The position numbers and the translations under genes are program-made. From the NCBI GenBank assembly GCA_965222605.1, contig OZ244960.1, positions 800,001 to 864,000 on the forward strand: a stretch of 64,000 nucleotides of DNA, in the 5' to 3' direction. This DNA is from Candidatus Latescibacterota bacterium. Its GTDB lineage: Bacteria; Latescibacterota; UBA2968. Below are positions 57,098-64,000 of the stretch, piece by piece (positions within the stretch are counted from its first letter, which is position 1; every line of letters starts with the position of its first letter). The notes beneath the pieces were generated by a model that saw only the letters and a list, made by a program, of their open reading frames with translations, was not told the DNA's origin and did not search any database.

Positions 57098-59529
57098 CAC
57101 GGCACCTCCACCAATTGCAACAACAACTGTTGCGCGTCCCAAAAATGCGGCATTGTTTCCAACAGCGCGAGCACCTCGGCTTTTGCGGCCTTGACCTCGC
57201 CCTTTTTTGCGAGAGCCTCCGCCAGATTGAGCCGATGCGCGGCTCGTCCCGGTACATCCAGATAAATCAGCCGACGCCAATCGGCAATCGCCGCATCCCA
57301 ATCCGCCAGCATCTCGTGTACCTCTGCTCTTCGCGCCAGTATCTCAACCTGAAAAGGACGCACCCCCAATGCCCGATCCAGCACAGCAAGCGCAGCCGCC
57401 CAGTCTTTATCCTTCACATAAAATCCGCTCAACACCAGACAGGCTTCAGGCGCCGTCGCATCCCATTCAACAAGCTTTTTTAATGCTTTGCGGTGCCACT
57501 TCGGATCCCCGCGCGCCATCCCGGCATCCACCCATAGCCGCAAGGGCGCATCTTCCGCAGCATAGTCTGGATACAAAGCATGTGCTTTCAGGAAAAACCG
57601 CTCTGCATCCGCCCAGTTCTTTGCTTCAACCGCCTCTTTTCCGGCATCTAACGCCTTGCGGAACTCCGAATTTTTGGACAACGCCTTGAGGGGCGCGCAT
57701 CGATTGCCCAGATATTCCATAAACCGCTCATCCATAAGACGGGCAGAAACACCGCTGGCCGATATCAACGCCTCAACAGCCTCCATGCCATCGCCAATGC
57801 GGTCGAGTGCTGTCACCAGTGCATCAAGACCGTAATGATTCACGTAAAAAGCCACAAACTCGCCCGATACAAAATACCCATACATCAGATGCATCGGCGT
57901 TTCTGGATCGGCAAAAAACCGCCTGAGATCGCCTACAGAGGGAAACCCCTCGCCATCCAAAATATGCTTAAAATCTGGACTCAGCCGCTGCCCCCAAGAC
58001 ACATCTTTTTGCGTCTCTTCATAGACCGAAATCCCCTCCGACAACCAGCGCGGCAGGCGATTGTGGGTCTTTTGCAGCGTAATCACATGCACAAACTCGT
58101 GCCACAACACCTGTTGCCAATTCATCGTACTGGGGGGCCGTGCCCGAGGAGAATCCATCGTGACCAACCGCCCAAAACAAATACCCAAATGCCCCGCATT
58201 GCCCGGCAGACCAACCGACCGAACCATAAACACATCGTGATCGTCAAACACCTGCACCACCACGGGCGCGTGCAATTCAATATTGTATTTTCTCTGATAA
58301 TACAAAGCCGCTTCATTGAGCAACTTCAACAACCCATCGGACATCACCACGGCCTCTTGCCCGGGCAATTGCAACTTGAAAATACCGCGCGATATCGTCT
58401 CAAAACCATCAATAGCATCGGCAGCCTCGAGCAAATTGTACGCCCGTACACTATATGGATCAGCCGCAAAAACCTGCTCTAATTCACGCCGTGCCTCGGC
58501 ATCTTTGCCCAGGCGCAACAAATCATACGCCAACAGCAAGCGCGCCTCGACATCCTCCCCATCAATATCCAACGCGCGCCCTTGAAAAACACGCCCTTCT
58601 TCAAACCGGTATTGCCGAGACGCAATACGCCCGGGAATGCGAAAAGCCCCAGAAAAATATCCATTAAAAGCCAATGCCCGTTCCTGCATTTTTTGCATCG
58701 CCGCTGGATCGTCCAACAAAAAAAATGCCGCCGCCTTTAACCCCAGCGCTTTCAGGTGATTTGGATTAACAGACAAGATAGAATCCAGCACCGCAAGCGC
58801 GGCATGTGCCTCATTGCGATCCAGCAATTGCTCGGCTTGCAACCGCTGAACCTCTAAATGATTCGGGTTGAGGGCGAAAAGCTGCGCCATCACTTCCAAA
58901 ACCCGATCATCGCCCGCGTGATAATAACACCACATCAACCCCGCCAAAGCCTCCTGGTTTTCGGGATCCAACGCGAGCGCAGCACCGTATTTCTCTGCCG
59001 CCACATCAAAAGCGCGTTTGTCCAGAGATAGCTTACCCGCCGCAATAAACACAGGCACGCTATTGGGAAATGCCTGAGCCATCAAATTGTAAAAACGCAA
59101 CAGCGATTTTGGATCTTCGCCCTTTAACTCGCGCAGACGCGCAGCCGCGAGAAAATCATCGATATCAGGGCGATATTCCGACAACAAGCGCACCTGATGC
59201 TCGGCCTTTATCAATGTCATGCCATAATCACCCATCCGACCGCGCATGCGATACAACTCAGCCAGGTGCACGGTCACATCGGGCGCACTTGCCGAAACCC
59301 CTTCCAATTGCGCGATCGCCTCATCAACGCGACCTGTCAACACCAGCAATTCGGCATAATCCCGTCGCGTTGACCGCGGATGATAAGACACGCGCTCGAG
59401 CACTTTCACCGCCTCGGCATAATCGCCCCGCGCCCACAGCGTGCGATAATCCGTCTCCTGCCCCCACGCGCTTTCCGCAACGAGGCCAAAGAGGATTACA
59501 CAGATTAAATATGTAATTTTAGAAAGCAT
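57097..59529 (-). CDS. Secreted TPR protein with peptidase MA-like domain
   Basis: TPR repeats; HEFVH...PRWLSEG. Confidence 0.85.
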   Translation of the reverse strand: MLSKITYLICVILFGLVAESAWGQETDYRTLWARGDYAEAVKVLERVSYHPRSTRRDYAELLVLTGRVDEAIAQLEGVSASAPDVTVHLAELYRMRGRMGDYGMTLIKAEHQVRLLSEYRPDIDDFLAAARLRELKGEDPKSLLRFYNLMAQAFPNSVPVFIAAGKLSLDKRAFDVAAEKYGAALALDPENQEALAGLMWCYYHAGDDRVLEVMAQLFALNPNHLEVQRLQAEQLLDRNEAHAALAVLDSILSVNPNHLKALGLKAAAFFLLDDPAAMQKMQERALAFNGYFSGAFRIPGRIASRQYRFEEGRVFQGRALDIDGEDVEARLLLAYDLLRLGKDAEARRELEQVFAADPYSVRAYNLLEAADAIDGFETISRGIFKLQLPGQEAVVMSDGLLKLLNEAALYYQRKYNIELHAPVVVQVFDDHDVFMVRSVGLPGNAGHLGICFGRLVTMDSPRARPPSTMNWQQVLWHEFVHVITLQKTHNRLPRWLSEGISVYEETQKDVSWGQRLSPDFKHILDGEGFPSVGDLRRFFADPETPMHLMYGYFVSGEFVAFYVNHYGLDALVTALDRIGDGMEAVEALISASGVSARLMDERFMEYLGNRCAPLKALSKNSEFRKALDAGKEAVEAKNWADAERFFLKAHALYPDYAAEDAPLRLWVDAGMARGDPKWHRKALKKLVEWDATAPEACLVLSGFYVKDKDWAAALAVLDRALGVRPFQVEILARRAEVHEMLADWDAAIADWRRLIYLDVPGRAAHRLNLAEALAKKGEVKAAKAEVLALLETMPHFWDAQQLLLQLVEVP

Positions 59530-59648
59530 AAGAATACACTATACTTTGCATTGTAAGATTCGCATATCAATTTCGACCTCAATATCATCATGTTTGTTCC
59601 CTTCTCACGTCTTGTCTCTTGGTGTCTTTGTGTGAGCCCCTCTACATC

Positions 59649-60620
59649 TCACCTATTATACTGAAAATGTCCCCCGCGCACTTCCCGCCACACCGCATCG
59701 CAAGCCTCTAACACCTCCTCATCTAACCGCCCATCTGCAGCCTGAATATTGTGCGTCAGATATTCCAGCTTGCTCGCGCCCAAAATCATCGAATCGACAA
59801 CTGACTGAGACATCAACCACTGCAAAGACAATTCAATCATCGTCTTGCCCGCAGTATGCGCAATCTGCTTCAACGCATCAAGCGCGTCAAAATTGCGATC
59901 ATGCCAGAACCTGCCGTAATAATCCCGATTCAAATCGAATCGCGTACCCGCTGCGGGAGCGGCATCTCGCGTGTGTTTGCCCGTCAGCATGCCGGCAGCG
60001 AGTGGATTATATACGGCCATTCCAATATTCATTTCACGACTAAACGCAACGCACTCCTCATCGATACTCCGCGTAATCAAATTATAGGGCACCTGCAACA
60101 CCACAGGCGGTGCCCAATTATTCACATCGCATTTCCAAAGTGCTTTCATCACCTGCCATGAAGCGAAATTCGACATCCCCACATAGATGATCTTGCCCTG
60201 TTGTACCAATGTGTCAAACGCCGCCATCGTCTCTTCAAGAGGCGTATTCCAATCGGGCTTGTGCAAATACAGAATATCCAGACAATCGGTCTGCAACCGC
60301 TTCAAACACGCTTCCACCCCCCGAATCACATGCCAGCGGTGCAACCCCTGATCCTTAATCTCATCCTGCCCGACAAAATTGGCGATCTTGCTCGCCAAAA
60401 TTACCCGATCGCGTTTGCCCTTTAGTGCCTTTCCCACAATTTCTTCGGACACGCCATTCACATAAGTATCTGCCGCATCGATAAAATTCACACCGGCATC
60501 CAGCGCCGTATCCACCATGCGAATAGACGTGGCCTCATCGGTCTGATCGCCAAATGTCATCGCTCCCAAACATATACGCGACACGCGAATACCTGTCCCT
60601 CTCAAAACGCGATACTCCAT
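59649..60620 (-). CDS. Aldo/keto reductase
   Basis: CLGAMTFG, D.ADTY, GMSNF, YNPLAAG.LTGK. Confidence 0.93.
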   Translation of the reverse strand: MEYRVLRGTGIRVSRICLGAMTFGDQTDEATSIRMVDTALDAGVNFIDAADTYVNGVSEEIVGKALKGKRDRVILASKIANFVGQDEIKDQGLHRWHVIRGVEACLKRLQTDCLDILYLHKPDWNTPLEETMAAFDTLVQQGKIIYVGMSNFASWQVMKALWKCDVNNWAPPVVLQVPYNLITRSIDEECVAFSREMNIGMAVYNPLAAGMLTGKHTRDAAPAAGTRFDLNRDYYGRFWHDRNFDALDALKQIAHTAGKTMIELSLQWLMSQSVVDSMILGASKLEYLTHNIQAADGRLDEEVLEACDAVWREVRGGHFQYNR

Positions 60621-60680
60621 CTTTCCTCCTTAGAAGCTGTCTTAAAACGCTATTGATCGTTGTCCTATGGCGCGATTTTC

Positions 60681-60709
60681 GTAAGGACAGGTTTCAAACC
60701 TGTCCCTAC
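60681..60709. repeat. GTAG-type REP-like palindrome
   Basis: GTAAGGACAGGTTT-C-AAACCTGTCCCTAC. Confidence 0.55.
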
Positions 60710-60787
60710 AACTGTTGCCTGTGCAATCTTTTTCCGTATCTTTACCACTGTCGCTATAACATAACACCGTCTCGTGACTTCGCAATC

Positions 60788-60961
60788 ATGATCTGGCTCT
60801 TTATTTTTTTATTTACCGCGTTTTGGGTCTATATGGGCATTGAACTCTACCTGTATTTTCGCAAACCCAAAAATCCCAACAATTGGGATGAAATGTCCGA
60901 ATGGGCGTGGCGGCGCACGGTACGCAAAGCCATTGACGAGATGCTGAAGGAGAAGCGGTAG
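60788..60961 (+). CDS. Small single-TM hypothetical protein
   Basis: 57 aa, hydrophobic N-terminus, no clear RBS. Confidence 0.4.
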   Translation: MIWLFIFLFTAFWVYMGIELYLYFRKPKNPNNWDEMSEWAWRRTVRKAIDEMLKEKR

Positions 60962-60973
60962 TCAGCAGGTTTT

Positions 60974-61915
60974 ATGAACGCATTTCAAAAAACCGCCATC
61001 ACCACCCTCGTTGCGATCCTCTTGCTCATCGGCGTTGGCAGTCTCGTGCGCGTTTCAGGCGCGGGCCTGGGATGTCCAGACTGGCCCCGATGCTGGGGCT
61101 GCTGGTTTCCGCCCTCGAGTATTGACGACATTGACCGGGCCTATCTCGCAGAACGCGGGCTGCACATCGAAGACTTCAACGCGGTCAAGATGTGGATCGA
61201 ATACATCAACCGCCTCATCGGCATGCTCATCGGCCTCCTGGTCATCGCCACCTTTTTCCGCGCCATACCATATCGTAAAACACACCCCGCCATCTTCTAC
61301 GGCTCGTTCATTGCCGTCTTCCTCGTCGGCTTTGAAGGCTGGCTCGGCGGGCAAGTCGTCAAATCTGGCCTCAAACCCGGCATGATCACCCTGCACATGG
61401 CAGGTGCAATGATCCTCTTATGCCTGTTGCTCTACGTCACATTTCGCGCCGTTGACATCCGCATTCCCGCCACATTGCCCACCCCTAAATTACTCGCCCG
61501 CCTCTCGGCCATGCTCTTTATCATCGTATGCCTTCAAATGCTACTCGGCACACAGGTGCGCGAAGCCATTGATCCCTATATCAAAAACAGCGCGGGCGTC
61601 TCTCGCAGTGTATGGATCGCCAATATTGGCCTCATGGATCACATCCACCGCTCCTTCACCTGGGTGGTCATTGTCGTTGCCGCTTATCTCGTCTATATCA
61701 TACGCAAAAATGTAATAGGTGGCTTGCTCAAAGCGAGCAGCCACCTCGCATTCGCACTCATTCTGTGTCAGGCAGCCACCGGCATTGCCCTGGCTTATGG
61801 CGGGCTACCCCGCGTTTTTCAAGTACTCCACCTCGTAACCGCGGCCCTGCTAATCTGCGCGGTCTATACGCTTTGGCTCACACTGAGAACCACCAACACA
61901 AGGAGGTCTCCATGA
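60974..61915 (+). CDS. ctaA: Heme A synthase (COX15/CtaA)
   Basis: GAGLGCPDWP.C, WIEYINR, conserved His in TM helices. Confidence 0.9.
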   Translation: MNAFQKTAITTLVAILLLIGVGSLVRVSGAGLGCPDWPRCWGCWFPPSSIDDIDRAYLAERGLHIEDFNAVKMWIEYINRLIGMLIGLLVIATFFRAIPYRKTHPAIFYGSFIAVFLVGFEGWLGGQVVKSGLKPGMITLHMAGAMILLCLLLYVTFRAVDIRIPATLPTPKLLARLSAMLFIIVCLQMLLGTQVREAIDPYIKNSAGVSRSVWIANIGLMDHIHRSFTWVVIVVAAYLVYIIRKNVIGGLLKASSHLAFALILCQAATGIALAYGGLPRVFQVLHLVTAALLICAVYTLWLTLRTTNTRRSP

Positions 61916-62871
61916 AAATTTCCGTCTGGCACCGCGAACTCTCCGATTCGTATCTGCGGTTTGTCACCCAACTCGGCGCAGACTGCCTCGATTTTGGGAC
62001 CGATACGGACTTTCCCGGCGTTGCAGAACAGGGGTATCCCGACCTGGATGAACTCTTGAAAATGAAGAAACAAATCCAGTCCTGGGGCCTTTCGATCAAC
62101 CGCATCAGCCTGCCCAATATCACGGAAAAATTTATGACCGATCAACCCGGCGGCGAAAAAGAACTCGAAAATACATGTCAGGCACTGCGCATATTCGCCG
62201 AAGCAGGCGTACCCATTGCCCGACAGCGCTTCTGGGGCGATACCTTTAACGAACTGATGTTTCGCTACCAGTCTGAACACCGTGGCGGCTATCTCTCGCG
62301 AGGCGAAAGTCAGGCACTGACCAACCCCGTGCCCGAAACACCCGACTACGAAGCCCTGCAAGACTGGTGGAAACACTTCTGCATTGTCTATGAACACCTC
62401 GTGCCCATTGCCGAAGAAACCGGGATTAAGATCGCCATTCACCCCTCCGACAGCCCCAACCCGGACACCCCATTCGGCGGCCTGGGATTTCACCGCGTCA
62501 TCGACGCCTTTCCCAGCGCGCAAGTGGGCTATCTCTACTGCTGTGGCACCCGCGCCGAAGCGGGCAGCACACCGCTCGTCCTCGACGAAATTAACAACTA
62601 CGGCCGCAAAGGTCGCATCTTTATGGTACACTTCCGCAATGTGCGCGGCTCATTCGCCACAGCGCGCGGCTTTGAAGAAACCCTGCTCGACGACGGCGAC
62701 ATGAACATGTTTAAGCTCTTGCTGGAACTCAACCGCGTGGGCTTCGACGGCTGCCTGAATCCCGACCACATTCCCCGGCTCGAAGGCGACCAATCACCCA
62801 TCACTGGCGGGCTGGCTTACTCCGTGGGCTACATCAAAGCGCTATTCGCCGCCCTCGCTGCCCTGCCATAA
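61912..62871 (+). CDS. Mannonate dehydratase (UxuA) family protein
   Basis: AIHPSD, HFRNV, PDH.P, AYSVGYIKAL; AGGAGG RBS. Confidence 0.8.
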   Translation: MKISVWHRELSDSYLRFVTQLGADCLDFGTDTDFPGVAEQGYPDLDELLKMKKQIQSWGLSINRISLPNITEKFMTDQPGGEKELENTCQALRIFAEAGVPIARQRFWGDTFNELMFRYQSEHRGGYLSRGESQALTNPVPETPDYEALQDWWKHFCIVYEHLVPIAEETGIKIAIHPSDSPNPDTPFGGLGFHRVIDAFPSAQVGYLYCCGTRAEAGSTPLVLDEINNYGRKGRIFMVHFRNVRGSFATARGFEETLLDDGDMNMFKLLLELNRVGFDGCLNPDHIPRLEGDQSPITGGLAYSVGYIKALFAALAALP

Positions 62872-62889
62872 CGCGACGCGCTCGCCACC

Positions 62890-62918
62890 TTGACAACCTA
62901 TAGGCGATTTGATATATT
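62890..62918 (+). promoter_or_regulatory. Sigma70 promoter of tRNA-Leu(CAG)
   Basis: TTGACA-N17-TATATT. Confidence 0.7.
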
Positions 62919-62940
62919 TGCCTGCGCACTAAACTCAGGT

Positions 62941-63027
62941 GCCGAAGTGATGGAATTGGTAGACGTGCGGCGTTCAGGGCGCCGTGGGCTTAGGCCCGTG
63001 TGGGTTCGAATCCCACCTTCGGCACCA
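62941..63027 (+). tRNA. tRNA-Leu(CAG)
   Basis: GCCGAAG acceptor, CGGCG-TTCAGGG-CGCCG, variable arm, GGTTCGAAT, ACCA. Confidence 0.95.
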
Positions 63028-63190
63028 TAAATTCTCACACAAGCAGTGTACAACTGCGACGCCTCACCAGTAATTTCAAAAGAGAGAGGGTTATGCATAA
63101 TCGGCATAACCCTCTTTTTGCAATTTTATTTTTAGCTTTATTAACCTCTGGTGCAGTACTCGATTTCAATAATATAGAAAGAAGATTGCC

Positions 63191-63448
63191 ATGAAAACAT
63201 TCACAGTTGAATATCCCGAATCTGTCCTGACAACATTGAAACTCAGCCCCGAATCCTTTGAAGATCACGCGCGAATCGCAATGGCGGTGAAGCTCTTTGA
63301 AACGGGTCACTTGACATCTGGACAAGCCGCGAAACTGGCAGGTATAGTCCGCGTGGAATTTATGTTGCGTTGTCGAGAATTTGGAACGCCAAGCGTCACC
63401 TGGGATAAGGAAGAGCTTGAAGCAGAATTTAATATAGGTTCTCCATGA
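63191..63448 (+). CDS. UPF0175 family protein (putative antitoxin)
   Basis: AVKLFE.G.LTSGQAAKLAG..RVEF. Confidence 0.85.
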   Translation: MKTFTVEYPESVLTTLKLSPESFEDHARIAMAVKLFETGHLTSGQAAKLAGIVRVEFMLRCREFGTPSVTWDKEELEAEFNIGSP

Positions 63449-63507
63449 GAGAATGCATCGTTGCCGACACCGGTCCAATCATCGCGCCAGCCCATTTTGT
63501 TCGATAA
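63445..63507 (+). pseudogene. Truncated DUF3368/PIN toxin stub
   Basis: MRECIVADTGPIIA..., ATGA-coupled to UPF0175, stops after 20 codons. Confidence 0.6.
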
Positions 63508-63519
63508 CGGAGCGCGAGA

Positions 63520-64000
63520 GTGATCAATTACGGCGAAGGGGTTGCACTCGGGGCGTCACTGGTTTGGGCATCTACCAGCCTCGTCTTAAGAACGCTATCC
63601 CAGCACCATCCATCTGCACTCATCACGGCTATCCGCTGTGGGATTTCTGGGCCTTTTTTTTGGATGCTGCTGCCTTTTGGTCCCCCCCTATCCTCACTGG
63701 TCAACGTGCCGATGCACGAATGGGGCCTTTTGATCGGCTCCGTTTTCATCGGCATTGTCATTGGCGATCAACTCTTTTTACACGCCATGAAAGAAATTGG
63801 TGTATCGCGCACAATGGCTCTGGTAGGCACGCTTCCAATTACCACATTGATCTGGGAGCAACTGCTGCTCGACGTACCCGTCACTCGCACCTTTATTTTT
63901 GGATGCGTTTTGGCTGCATCTGGCGTTATCTTACTCTCTCAGCGACCACGCCAAAAACGCCAGGATACGCAAGAACAACCCATTCGCCTCAAACGCGGGA
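63520..64000 (+). CDS. DMT/EamA family transporter (partial)
   Basis: Translated by hand from GTG 63520: hydrophobic helices, GDQLFLHAMKEIGVSR, GVILL. Confidence 0.85.
   Translation, partial: MINYGEGVALGASLVWASTSLVLRTLSQHHPSALITAIRCGISGPFFWMLLPFGPPLSSLVNVPMHEWGLLIGSVFIGIVIGDQLFLHAMKEIGVSRTMALVGTLPITTLIWEQLLLDVPVTRTFIFGCVLAASGVILLSQRPRQKRQDTQEQPIRLKRG

Noticed and set aside
60630-60650. IS-end-like TAGAAGCTGTCTTAAAA, similar to GTCGTCTTAAAA near 44850
   Set aside because: No transposase, partner inverted repeat or target duplication found
62941-63520. Integrative element at tRNA-Leu(CAG)
   Set aside because: No integrase or duplicated tRNA 3' end in the window

Overview
Chromosomal window from a moderately GC-rich bacterium. 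The gene repertoire (DUF6785 membrane protein, GWxTD remnant, sulfatases, PhyH dioxygenases, MoxR-vWA operon) suggests a Latescibacterota/Gemmatimonadota/Poribacteria-like genome; this is inference only. Family names were assigned by eye from motifs, with no database search. 1-13.1 kb is a type I restriction-modification locus (hsdM, hsdS, hsdR) with candidate defence/TA genes between hsdS and hsdR, several eroded, and four 12-bp coding repeat arrays. 13.1-19.6 kb holds metabolic genes. 19.8-23.4 kb is an unusual operon: secreted LTxxQ-repeat protein, OM beta-barrel, ECF sigma with no anti-sigma, Tat-exported Rieske protein. It is preceded by two ECF-type promoters, one apparently driving a ~98-nt structured small RNA. 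23.6-37.5 kb is a catabolic cluster interrupted by a HEPN/DUF2442 islet. 41.5-59.5 kb is a TPR-peptidase/DUF4159/MoxR/DUF58/BatA-vWA operon interrupted by two defence/TA islets. There are three tRNAs. Recurrent themes are diverged duplicated gene ends next to inserted genes, and toxin genes cut to short stubs beside intact antitoxins. No CRISPR array, integrase or transposase was seen.
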